From Candidatus Omnitrophota bacterium (GTDB taxonomy: Bacteria > Omnitrophota > Gorgyraeia > Zapsychrales > Fredricksoniimonadaceae), in the NCBI GenBank assembly GCA_002753745.1, contig PEAR01000003.1, positions 1 through 46,911 on the forward strand: a DNA stretch of 46,911 nt, given 5' to 3'. This document shows positions 21,557 to 31,817 of the stretch, piece by piece (the stretch's first letter is position 1; each line of letters opens with the position of its first letter). The notes beneath the pieces are model-generated. The model saw only the letters and a program-made list of their open reading frames with translations, was not told the DNA's origin and did no database searches. Both the position numbers and the translations under genes were made by a program.

Positions 21557-22345
21557 TCAAAGAGGCGCCATATCAGTCGACAGCATGTCCGTAGGGATAT
21601 ATTCTGGTTTGATATTCTTCAAACTGTTAAAAATATTTATCTTGATAGATGGCGTAACTTTCTCCATTTCGGCAATAATCTTCTTGATCGCTGCTCGCTG
21701 AGTGTGTCCGGAAACCGGGCAGCGGCATCCGCCCAGGCCACCAATCCCGGCTCCTTTAGCAAAGAGTCGGATCATCTGTTCATTCTCATGCGCTAACGGA
21801 CGGATCAGGGTCAGCGCGCCGTTAAATATCACCTGCTTGGGACACATAGAACTTAATTCACCTTTAAAAAATTGATTAAGCAGGATAGTTTCAACAATAT
21901 CATCCAGATGATGACCAAAAGCGATCTTGTTAAAACCATGATCCTGAGCATATTTAAATAATAGTTTTCGCCGGTTCCATGAACACCAGAAACAATTAAG
22001 GTCCGGGTGTTTCTTGCCATCAATAGTCTTAAAAAGATCGGTCCTTTTAATATGATGTTTAACACCTGTAGATTTAAAATATGCTTCCAGGAGACCTAGA
22101 TCCGGACCTGGCATGCCAAGGTCCACATGCATCGCCATCAATTCAAAATTAATTGGGGCGATCGATTGCCGGTGAAGCATTACATTCAATAAAGTCAGGC
22201 TGTCTTTACCGCCGGAAACAGCGATCAGGATCCTGTCGCCTTCACTGATCATATCGTACGCACCAATAGCCTTCCCGGTCCGTCGGGATATCTGTTCAAA
22301 TACGCTCAAAGTATCCTTATTTAAATAGCTGAACAGATGATCCAT
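21557..22345 (-). CDS. ttcA: tRNA 2-thiocytidine biosynthesis protein (TtcA family, PP-loop)
   Basis: SGGKDS PP-loop, CFWC, RRK, GHHLDD, IRPL, and CRCP near the C-terminus. Confidence 0.85.
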   Translation of the reverse strand: MDHLFSYLNKDTLSVFEQISRRTGKAIGAYDMISEGDRILIAVSGGKDSLTLLNVMLHRQSIAPINFELMAMHVDLGMPGPDLGLLEAYFKSTGVKHHIKRTDLFKTIDGKKHPDLNCFWCSWNRRKLLFKYAQDHGFNKIAFGHHLDDIVETILLNQFFKGELSSMCPKQVIFNGALTLIRPLAHENEQMIRLFAKGAGIGGLGGCRCPVSGHTQRAAIKKIIAEMEKVTPSIKINIFNSLKNIKPEYIPTDMLSTDMAPL

Positions 22346-23261
22346 CCTGGCCTCCAGCTCTTGCTAATGAACTCAAAATATCAAAATAATCAAACTCCAT
22401 CCGGATCATCTCTTCGTCGTTCTTACGAAGCCATTCGGATAGCCAGGCGAATCGGAACGCGATCATCAAATCGGTAAAATGTCTGAAACTTATCTCGGCA
22501 TATTTTCCCGACAAACGCAAGTGCTCAAGAAAACTGACCGGGGCCCCCGACCATAAACACTCAGGATCTTCAATCCCTAAGCAAGAAACCATATTGGCCG
22601 CATCATAGAGTTCTGGTTTAAGTCCGCAGAATTCCCAGTCGATAACAGCCGCTATTCCCCGCTCTTTCCAGATAATGTTAATGGCATGAAAATCTCCATG
22701 AGCAAAACAAACCGGCAGCTTGTCATACACTGGAAACAAATGATCCTTAACGTAGTTGTACATAATATCAACTTGCGGAGAAATGTCCTGACGATTTCTG
22801 CGGATCGCAGCCATAAGCTGTTCTATATACCTGGGAAGTGAAAAAGCCGGCTCAACAATAACAGGCGCTGCAGAACGCATTTCCAATAGGAAATTTGCAG
22901 CAGATTCCCCCCTCCACAGATCAAATACATATCCCGGCCGGTCAAGCTGAATACCAGGAAGGTACGGCACCACCTGCCAAAAATATCCTTCGTGTTCAAG
23001 AAGAAAACTGCCTTTAGAATCCCGGCGATATGGGAATACCGGCATCAAGCCATTTAATCGTAACTGTTCAAGAATCTCAGCGATGCGCCGCTTTCGTGAC
23101 CGCAGTTTAAAAGATAGCGCTTCAACAACAAACAATTCCCCCCTACAGTCCTCAATCACCATTCTAAAATCGCTGCGTTCAGGACTACCGGCAATAAGAA
23201 TATCCGGCCGCTCGTGCGACATGTCTATACGCCATGATTTAAGCAGTGATGGATCGATCAT
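22317..23261 (-). CDS. APH / type II homoserine kinase-like phosphotransferase
   Basis: HGDFHAINII (Brenner motif) and VIDWEF. Start moved to ATG 23261, which overlaps the upstream stop (ATGA). Confidence 0.8.
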   Translation of the reverse strand: MIDPSLLKSWRIDMSHERPDILIAGSPERSDFRMVIEDCRGELFVVEALSFKLRSRKRRIAEILEQLRLNGLMPVFPYRRDSKGSFLLEHEGYFWQVVPYLPGIQLDRPGYVFDLWRGESAANFLLEMRSAAPVIVEPAFSLPRYIEQLMAAIRRNRQDISPQVDIMYNYVKDHLFPVYDKLPVCFAHGDFHAINIIWKERGIAAVIDWEFCGLKPELYDAANMVSCLGIEDPECLWSGAPVSFLEHLRLSGKYAEISFRHFTDLMIAFRFAWLSEWLRKNDEEMIRMEFDYFDILSSLARAGGQDGSSVQLFK

Positions 23262-24196
23262 GATCTTCTGAACTTTGCGATAAAGAAACCCGAGAAGACA
23301 CCGTCTGGAAGCACCCGCCAGCAAGCGGCGAGATCGCTCTTATACGCCCGCTGATCAAAAGATTTAAGCACAGGATAGCGAGGAACCCCCGGAAGATCAA
23401 TCGCTTCCAGAAAAAAATCTCCGGATGTTTTATTAAGAAACCAGTCGACAACGCCCTCATTCTCTTCAGGAGCAAACGTGCAGGTAGAATACACTAAACT
23501 GCCCCCAGGGTTAACGCAACGCGAAGCACTAAGCAATAACCCTTTTTGCTTATGCGCCATTTCCTTGATCTTACGTGGGCTCCAATAACCAATCGTTTCT
23601 TTGTTATTAATATCAAAACGTCCTTCGGAACTACATGGGGCATCAACCAGCACTTTACTGAAAAGCTCATTTGCCGACACACGAAAACGCCTTCCGTCAG
23701 ACAACCGGCACTTGACATTCATTGCCCCGGTCAAGGTACAAACAGACTTTAATTTAAAAAAACGCCCTTTCACTACTTCGATAGCGATGATCTCTCCCTC
23801 GTTGTTCATCAAGGCCGCCATTTGTGTTGTTTTACTGCCGGGGGCTGCGCACAGATCAAGCACCCGCTCACCGGGCATTGGCGCCAGCACCCTGACAGGT
23901 AATGCGCTTGAGGGAGCTTGCCAATATAATTGTCCTTCTGTAAAAAGTTCGCAGTCACGAAGTTGCTGACGGGCTGATGAAGAGACGATCATAATCTCAG
24001 GAGCTGCTTCAAGCGCTGAAACAGTGATCCCTTGATCAGCCAGGAAAGAAATTGCTAAAGCCTTACTAAATTTAAGGGTATTAACCCGAATGCCGGCTGA
24101 AGCATGTGTTGATAATAAATTCAACACGCGCTCAAATGAATCTGAAGGGACAATGGATTTTAAGCGCTCAACAAAAAGCGCCGGTAAGGAAGGCAT
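23258..24196 (-). CDS. RsmB/RsmF/NOP2-family RNA m5C methyltransferase
   Basis: VLDLCAAPGSKTT, DAPCSSEG, YSTCT, PEENE. Confidence 0.93.
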   Translation of the reverse strand: MPSLPALFVERLKSIVPSDSFERVLNLLSTHASAGIRVNTLKFSKALAISFLADQGITVSALEAAPEIMIVSSSARQQLRDCELFTEGQLYWQAPSSALPVRVLAPMPGERVLDLCAAPGSKTTQMAALMNNEGEIIAIEVVKGRFFKLKSVCTLTGAMNVKCRLSDGRRFRVSANELFSKVLVDAPCSSEGRFDINNKETIGYWSPRKIKEMAHKQKGLLLSASRCVNPGGSLVYSTCTFAPEENEGVVDWFLNKTSGDFFLEAIDLPGVPRYPVLKSFDQRAYKSDLAACWRVLPDGVFSGFFIAKFRRS

Positions 24197-24208
24197 GTGA
24201 GCTTGTTG

Positions 24209-24793
24209 TCAGGCTTTAGTGATGCCCAGCAAGGCATGCACCTGATCCAGAAGTACTTCCGAATTGAATGGTTTATCAATGCATGCATCAACACCGATAT
24301 CCAGTAGTTTCTTCTTATCCGCATCTTCAAAATAGGCCGATACTCCAATGATAGATGTATGTGCGCAATTAGGGGAACGTTTGACTTTCTGAGCGACCTC
24401 ATACCCATTCATCCCAGGCATTCTCATGTCGAGAATAAGAATATCAGGTTTGAATAATAACAGCTTTATACCGGCCTCAAATCCATCATAAGCTACATCA
24501 ACTTCAAATTGCTGATCTTTCTTAAGCAATCGCTTGAGTGAACTGACCATATTGGCATCATCGTCGACAATGAGAACCTTGCGCGTATTCCCCCGCACTA
24601 AAAGAGAATCCGGGATCGGCATATTATATTGTTTCAGAAAATCAATGAAATCAGCAACTTGAACACGGCTGTGATTACCCGGAGTTCGATAGGCCTTTAA
24701 TTTTCCGTCATGAATCCATTGCAGAACTGTCCTTAAGTGGATATGACAGAAATCTGCGATCTCACCGGTTGTTAAAGGCTTTTCACTACTCAT
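24209..24793 (-). CDS. Response regulator with an N-terminal excisionase-like (HTH_17) DNA-binding domain and a C-terminal REC domain
   Basis: LTTGEIA...TVLQWIHDGKLKAYRTPGNHSR HTH; VLIVDDD, ILILDMRMP, KPF. Confidence 0.88.
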   Translation of the reverse strand: MSSEKPLTTGEIADFCHIHLRTVLQWIHDGKLKAYRTPGNHSRVQVADFIDFLKQYNMPIPDSLLVRGNTRKVLIVDDDANMVSSLKRLLKKDQQFEVDVAYDGFEAGIKLLLFKPDILILDMRMPGMNGYEVAQKVKRSPNCAHTSIIGVSAYFEDADKKKLLDIGVDACIDKPFNSEVLLDQVHALLGITKA

Positions 24794-24893
24794 AGATGAC
24801 TCCGATATGAATAAACGATAACCATCTGAAAATCTTTAGAATACTTACAGGCTGAGACAACTCAAATCCTGATTCTCTAAATTTTCCAGTATC

Positions 24894-24922
24894 AAGATAC
24901 AACGATAACCTAACTCTGTCAA
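24894..24922 (-). promoter_or_regulatory. sigma70-like promoter upstream of the HTH-REC regulator
   Basis: Minus strand consensus TTGACA, 17 nt, TATCTT. Confidence 0.6.
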
Positions 24923-24967
24923 GACAGGCTATGCAAAAATAGCGAATCCTAATAATGCAAAATAAAT

Positions 24968-25252
24968 TTATGCGGCATTAATGGCAAGAGAATCTGCAGA
25001 ATCAAGAAGAATGGACACAATATTCTTATCAACCTGAATAAATCCCGAATTCTTTGTTTTAAAGAAAATACTTTTACCTGGCTCCTCAAAACGTAATTCG
25101 TAGGAGCCAGGTGAAAGTGTCGAAAGTAATGAAGCATGATCGGGCAGGATCCCCATACTGCCTTCCCCACCCGGGACAAGAAGATAAGAAACATCGCCGT
25201 TAAACATTACACGATCAGGAGTAAGAATGGATACTTTGAAAGTCTTTGCCAT
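24968..25252 (-). CDS. atpC: ATP synthase epsilon subunit (short form)
   Basis: ILTPD, VPGGEGSMGILPDHASL, GFIQV; last gene of the atp operon; only 94 aa. Confidence 0.9.
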   Translation of the reverse strand: MAKTFKVSILTPDRVMFNGDVSYLLVPGGEGSMGILPDHASLLSTLSPGSYELRFEEPGKSIFFKTKNSGFIQVDKNIVSILLDSADSLAINAA

Positions 25253-25255
25253 GCA

Positions 25256-26665
<1,410 letters not shown>

Positions 26666-27514
26666 TTACCCTTTCAATGCCTCGACGGACGAAATGATCT
26701 CAATGACCTCTTTCGTGATCGCCGCCTGCCTGACCTTGTTCCTGAGAAGGATCAAATCCCCCATCAGTTCTTTTGCGTTATCCTTGGATGATTTCATGGC
26801 CACCATGCGCGCCGAATGCTCTGACGTCAATGATTCAAGCAACATCAGACGAAACATGCTCGACAAATACACCGGCAGCAGACTCGCCAGAACACCATCA
26901 CCGCTGGACTCCAAAATAAAATGCGAATTCTTAGTTTGCGGACGTTCTACGTGCAAAAATTTATCGACTACCGCCCGATGTTTCATGGGATTTTCAAAAA
27001 CAGTGTACGCTACATGTAATTCAGATACCTTATTATTCAGATAATCAGCGATCAAATGATCAAACATTTTAACATGAAAATTACCGCTTAACCGACCATG
27101 CATCCCAGGAAAAACGTGATTTATTGATATTCCTTTTTTACGAAAATGACCGGCACCTTTACGTCCGTAAACATACAGTCTGACTTCCTGACCGGCATTC
27201 TTTTCAAGAAAACGTTCCGCCGCTCGGATCAATTGATAATTATAAACTCCGCACAATCCGGTATCAGCGCTAATCACCAGCAGCCCCAGGGGGCCCTTGC
27301 GCTTCGACATAAAAGGATTTCTCAATGAAAATTCCATGCCGGCTGCGTTATTAAACAGTGAACGTACCTTCTCAAAGTAATTACGTCCCATCTTAAGAGG
27401 AGCTTCGAGAGATTTGAATTTTGACATTGAGACCATTTCCATCGCCCGGGTCACCTTCCAGGTTCCCTCAATCGAACGGATTCGGGTCTTAAGTTGTCTT
27501 AACTGCTGAGACAT
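26666..27514 (-). CDS. atpG: ATP synthase gamma subunit
   Basis: KVTRAMEMVS, DTGLCG, SEHSARMVAM, RQAAITKEVIEI. Confidence 0.97.
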   Translation of the reverse strand: MSQQLRQLKTRIRSIEGTWKVTRAMEMVSMSKFKSLEAPLKMGRNYFEKVRSLFNNAAGMEFSLRNPFMSKRKGPLGLLVISADTGLCGVYNYQLIRAAERFLEKNAGQEVRLYVYGRKGAGHFRKKGISINHVFPGMHGRLSGNFHVKMFDHLIADYLNNKVSELHVAYTVFENPMKHRAVVDKFLHVERPQTKNSHFILESSGDGVLASLLPVYLSSMFRLMLLESLTSEHSARMVAMKSSKDNAKELMGDLILLRNKVRQAAITKEVIEIISSVEALKG

Positions 27515-27518
27515 GTCT

Positions 27519-29042
27519 TTACGCCTTTATGAATTCCGCTTTGAACTCAAGGATCGCTTTCTTGAGAAGATCGGTATTCTCATTGGAAAGATCACCGGTT
27601 TTTTCAATATCACCCTCTAACTTAGGATATTTGCTGATAATGAATTTAAAGAAACCCGGCTCGAAACGACGGACTTGTTCAACCGAAAGATCATCCAGAA
27701 AGCCGTTAACGCCGGCAAAAATGATCATGATCTGTTCGCCTAAGGATAACGGCTGATACTGGCCCTGCTTGAGAATTTCTACAACGCGCTCTCCTCGAGT
27801 GATCTGATCCTGGGTGGCTTTATCAAGTTCCGAACCAAACTGAAGAAAGGTCACCAATTCACGATATTGAGCCAGGTCAAGTCTAAGCTTGCCAGAAACT
27901 TTACGCATCGCTTTCGCCTGGCCTTTACCGCCAACGCGGGACACCGAAAGACCAACGTTGATAGCCGGACGCACACCAGAATAAAACAAGTCCGATTCCA
28001 GATAAATCTGCCCGTCAGTGATCGAAATAACATTGGTCGGAATATAGCTGGTGATGTCACCGCCTTGAGTCTCAATAATAGGAAGCGCCGTCAACGAACC
28101 ACCGCCGAGCTTGTCGGACAATTTGGCGGCACGTTCCAAAAGGCGTGAATGCAGGTAAAAAATATCGCCAGGATAAGCTTCGCGTCCCGGTGGTCGACGC
28201 AACAACAGTGACAATTGGCGATACGCCTGGGCATGCTTGGAAAGATCATCATAAACAACGAGAACGTCTTTGCCTGCGAACATTTGCTCTTCACCTATTG
28301 CGCACGCCGCATAAGGCGCAAGATATTGAGATGAGGCGGTGGCCCTGGAAGATGCGCTGACAACTGTCGTATATTCCATGGCATTATGTTTTTTGAGGGT
28401 CTCGACAACAGCGACAATACTGGAAATCTTCTGGCCAATAGCAACGTAAACACAGTAAACGCCTTTTCCGCGCTGATTAATAATCGCATCTATCGCAATC
28501 GCCGTCTTGCCTGTTTGGCGGTCTCCGATAATCAGCTCACGTTGTCCGCGACCGATCGGTATCATGGAGTCAACAGATTTGATCCCGGTTTGAAGCGGTG
28601 TATTGATCGGCTGACGAGAAATAACATCAGGAGCATTAAACTCAATCGAACGGTAACGGTCGGTAACAATGGGACCTTTCCCGTCAATAGGGAAACCGAG
28701 TGCGTTAACAACACGTCCTTTTAAAGCATCTCCGACAGGAACCTGCACGATCTTTCCCGTGCGCTTGACTGTATCCCCCTCTTTAATCAGACGGTCGGCA
28801 TTGTCTTTACCAAAAATAATGACGCCGACGCTGTCTTCTTCGAGGTTTACCGCCATGCCAAATACATCATGGGGGAACTCGACGATCTCGCCGACCATGA
28901 CGTCATCCAGGCCGTAAATACGCGCAATGGCGTCTCCGACTTGAAGGACCGTCCCGATTGACTCGGTACGAAGGTTTGTTTTAAAATTCTCAAGTTCTTT
29001 TTTAATGATTGATGTGATTTCTTCGGGTCTTAATGTGCTCAT
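27519..29042 (-). CDS. atpA: ATP synthase alpha subunit
   Basis: [31 protein letters not shown]. Confidence 0.99.
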   Translation of the reverse strand: MSTLRPEEITSIIKKELENFKTNLRTESIGTVLQVGDAIARIYGLDDVMVGEIVEFPHDVFGMAVNLEEDSVGVIIFGKDNADRLIKEGDTVKRTGKIVQVPVGDALKGRVVNALGFPIDGKGPIVTDRYRSIEFNAPDVISRQPINTPLQTGIKSVDSMIPIGRGQRELIIGDRQTGKTAIAIDAIINQRGKGVYCVYVAIGQKISSIVAVVETLKKHNAMEYTTVVSASSRATASSQYLAPYAACAIGEEQMFAGKDVLVVYDDLSKHAQAYRQLSLLLRRPPGREAYPGDIFYLHSRLLERAAKLSDKLGGGSLTALPIIETQGGDITSYIPTNVISITDGQIYLESDLFYSGVRPAINVGLSVSRVGGKGQAKAMRKVSGKLRLDLAQYRELVTFLQFGSELDKATQDQITRGERVVEILKQGQYQPLSLGEQIMIIFAGVNGFLDDLSVEQVRRFEPGFFKFIISKYPKLEGDIEKTGDLSNENTDLLKKAILEFKAEFIKA

Positions 29043-29043
29043 T

Positions 29044-29589
29044 TTATATCACCTGGGATTGAAGCAACTTTTTCTTAAGTTCAGCAAGACGATTACGCAC
29101 CGAACCGTCAATAACGGTATTCCCAACTATAACCTGAACCCCACCTAACAGGTCAGGGTCAAGTTCTAAATAAAGATTGGCCTTCTGTTTTAACCTTTGT
29201 TCCAACTTGAGCTTGATCCGTGACACTGTATCCAGTTCCAACGGAAAAGTTGTACGCAGTACCACATCGACCAGATCACTATGCGCAAACTGCAGACGAA
29301 CCTGATTGGCAATTTCCGGAAGCAGCGTAACCCTGTTCTTGCTGATCAGATAATTAATAAATATGACCATCTCTTCAGAGTAATATGCCTTGAACATATT
29401 CTGCAAAACACGCGCCTTGACAACACGGGAGACTTCCGGAGCTTTTAAGAAAATATCGAAGTCGGGCTCTTCCCTCAATAGACGCTTAATGTCCTTCATT
29501 TCCTCGACACAACGTTCTATCCCAAGGGTAGGCTGAGCAAAATCGATGTACGCCAATGCGTAGCGTTTAACGATGATCTGGCTGCGCAT
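29044..29589 (-). CDS. atpH: ATP synthase delta subunit
   Basis: [19 protein letters not shown]; operon position. Confidence 0.93.
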   Translation of the reverse strand: MRSQIIVKRYALAYIDFAQPTLGIERCVEEMKDIKRLLREEPDFDIFLKAPEVSRVVKARVLQNMFKAYYSEEMVIFINYLISKNRVTLLPEIANQVRLQFAHSDLVDVVLRTTFPLELDTVSRIKLKLEQRLKQKANLYLELDPDLLGGVQVIVGNTVIDGSVRNRLAELKKKLLQSQVI

Positions 29590-30085
29590 CCGCCGTTTTA
29601 TCCATTTCGGTTAACATTTTCTCGATGATCTGCCGGTCTTGTTCGTACGTGAGCTTCTCAAGGATCATTTTTTCTGTCACGGTTACAACCATGCCGACGA
29701 CATCGCGACGTAAAGCCTCTCGGGCTTTAGTAATCTCAAAAGTGATTTCTTTTCGTGAATCTTCAATGATATGATCAGCATCCTGCCGGGCCTTATCTTT
29801 GAGCTCGCGGGAACGTGCTTCGGCCTGGCGCTCGATCTCTCGAAACTTTAACTGAGCTGTTTCGTCGATCTTGGCCAAAGATTGAGCATAATCATTCTTA
29901 AGCTTCTGGACATCCGCCTTGGCCGTCTCGACAGCAGCCAGCTCTGCCTTGACTCTTTCACGCCGTTCTTCAAGAACCGTAAAAACGGGCTTCCAAAGAA
30001 ATTTCTTTAACAGAAAAAGAACCAGAAAGAAACAAACGATCTGGGTAATCACCATTTGAACATTGATCAGTTTTAGAATTTCCAT
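29567..30085 (-). CDS. atpF: ATP synthase b subunit
   Basis: N-terminal TM helix, LWKP...LEERR, long charged coiled coil; operon position. Confidence 0.93.
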   Translation of the reverse strand: MEILKLINVQMVITQIVCFFLVLFLLKKFLWKPVFTVLEERRERVKAELAAVETAKADVQKLKNDYAQSLAKIDETAQLKFREIERQAEARSRELKDKARQDADHIIEDSRKEITFEITKAREALRRDVVGMVVTVTEKMILEKLTYEQDRQIIEKMLTEMDKTADAQPDHR

Positions 30086-30121
30086 ATCAAACCTTTGACC
30101 TGATTATCAAGGAAAGCGATA

Positions 30122-30355
30122 TCATATCTTTCCGATAAGGGGAAAAATAACAAACGCCAGGACGTAAAAAATAATCGTCTCGATCAGGGCCGCGCCCAAT
30201 AACATCAACGTCATGATCTTGCCCATAGCATCAGGTTGACGACCAAGAGCCTCCAAGGCACCCGAAACCGCGTTACCTAAACCAACGCCAACACCCAAAG
30301 CCGCCAGTCCAAGACCGATGGGTAAACCAAAAGCTAAAGCTGCATGAAAGTCCAT
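30122..30355 (-). CDS. atpE: ATP synthase c subunit
   Basis: GxGxGxG helix, RQP loop, conserved Glu in ALIET; RBS AAGGAGG upstream. Confidence 0.96.
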   Translation of the reverse strand: MDFHAALAFGLPIGLGLAALGVGVGLGNAVSGALEALGRQPDAMGKIMTLMLLGAALIETIIFYVLAFVIFPLIGKI

Positions 30356-30410
30356 TTACTCCTCCTTTTTAATTTATCTACGAAAAATTAAATGTTCCCC
30401 GAAAAAATAA

Positions 30411-31178
30411 TTAATGGTGCACCTCTTCGTGTTTTAATACGAGTGAGAAATAAACCAGCGTCAGAATACTAAAAACAGCCGCCTGAATCGTAGACGTTAA
30501 AACCATTAAAATAAAATTAGGGAAAAGCCACAAAAAACCATCCTTAAGTCCCCAACTGGCAAATAACGCAAGAATAACGTCATCACCGTACACATTGCTG
30601 CGCAGACGAAGCGAAAGGCTGACAGGACGCACCAGTTCACTGACAACATGCAAGACCAGCATAAAAACAGGCATAATGATCGTCATGGCCATTACGCCGC
30701 GCGGTTGACCCATCAAATGATCTACATATCCGCGAAATCCAAGTTCCCTAAAACCTGTATATTGAATGTAAAAGAAGACGATCAGTGCCAACCCGACCGT
30801 TGTAGAAAGATCGGCTGTGGGTGATTTAAAGAACGGGATTAACCCGATATAATTCATGGCAAGGATATAAATAAAAAGAGTCCCGATAAAAGCTGTATAG
30901 TGCCTTCCTCTTGTCCCAAGGATGCTACAGACGAAATCGTCTATAAAAGAAACGAGCAATTCCGCCCCACTTTGAAAGCGGCCTGGCGAATACTCCATCT
31001 TTCTTGTGGCGAAGTAAGACGCAAGCGAAAGCAGGGTAATTACCAAAAGAGAATAAATCGCTGTCTCCCAACGTTGAAGGAAATGACCGAAAGCATTGCT
31101 GCTGTTTAATTCAGCAATGATCCCCACAATGTGAGGAAATTCTGCGGTAGTAGACTTTGCGGTTGTTTCTGCGATCAT
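30411..31178 (-). CDS. atpB: ATP synthase a subunit
   Basis: NYIGLIP, SPTAD, RPVSLSLRL, IQAAVF; first gene of the operon; no atpI seen. Confidence 0.95.
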   Translation of the reverse strand: MIAETTAKSTTAEFPHIVGIIAELNSSNAFGHFLQRWETAIYSLLVITLLSLASYFATRKMEYSPGRFQSGAELLVSFIDDFVCSILGTRGRHYTAFIGTLFIYILAMNYIGLIPFFKSPTADLSTTVGLALIVFFYIQYTGFRELGFRGYVDHLMGQPRGVMAMTIIMPVFMLVLHVVSELVRPVSLSLRLRSNVYGDDVILALFASWGLKDGFLWLFPNFILMVLTSTIQAAVFSILTLVYFSLVLKHEEVHH

Positions 31179-31297
31179 AAATGTGGTTTTTAAAGGCCGT
31201 TAAATTTTAATATGTTACCAAGTCGTGAATATAATTCAACATTTTTTAGTGATTTTGTAACAACTAATGCAAAAAGAGGATTTCAGCTACTGAAAGA

Positions 31298-31358
31298 TAA
31301 ACCGGAACACATCAGGTTAATGAGTTATTTTCTTCAAAACCCAATGTGTTCCGGTTTA
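31298..31358. repeat. 15-bp perfect inverted repeat / long hairpin downstream of glnK (possible terminator or processing element)
   Basis: TAAACCGGAACACAT (31298-31312) and ATGTGTTCCGGTTTA (31344-31358), with a 31-nt partly self-complementary spacer. Confidence 0.75.
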
Positions 31359-31381
31359 AAATCGTCTCTGATACAGGGACT

Positions 31382-31723
31382 TTAACCGATAGCAAGCCCC
31401 CCGCGCTCTTCGGTACGGATACGAATACATTGATCCAGCGGAAGAATAAAGATCTTACCGTCGCCTGTCTCTCCGGTCTTGGCTCCTTTGACAATGGCCT
31501 TTACCGCCGTCTCGACAAACGTATCGTTAACAGCAATATCGATACGTATCTTCCTTAAAAGGTTCCCCATCTCTTTCGCACCGCGATACACCTCTGTTAC
31601 ACCCTTTTGACGGCCATGGCCAAGGACTTCGCTTACTGTTATTAAATTTACATCAACTTTATACAATTCCTCTTTTACATCATCTAGCCTGCTGGGCTGA
31701 ATAATCGCCACAATCATTTTCAT
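31382..31723 (-). CDS. glnK: P-II nitrogen regulatory protein (amt-linked)
   Basis: GHGRQKG, YRG T-loop, TGDGKIF B-loop, RIRT C-loop; directly downstream of amtB. Confidence 0.93.
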   Translation of the reverse strand: MKMIVAIIQPSRLDDVKEELYKVDVNLITVSEVLGHGRQKGVTEVYRGAKEMGNLLRKIRIDIAVNDTFVETAVKAIVKGAKTGETGDGKIFILPLDQCIRIRTEERGGLAIG

Positions 31724-31770
31724 AATTTATTCTCCTTTTAATTTTGATCCAACATAAACATTCAGACAAT

Positions 31771-31807
31771 CTCCGTGCCAGCCGGTCCCGCCGGCTGGCA
31801 GACGGAG
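31771..31807. repeat. GC-rich intergenic hairpin between amtB and glnK
   Basis: TGCCAGCCGG-tcccg-CCGGCTGGCA core, extended by CTCCG(T)/(A)CGGAG. Confidence 0.75.
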
Positions 31808-31817
31808 TAGTTTGATT

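Noticed and set aside
24650-24793. Excisionase-like HTH domains (here and at about 45060-45206) as signs of a prophage or integrative element
   Set aside because: Both are fused to regulatory domains (REC, EIIA), and there is no integrase, att site or phage gene.
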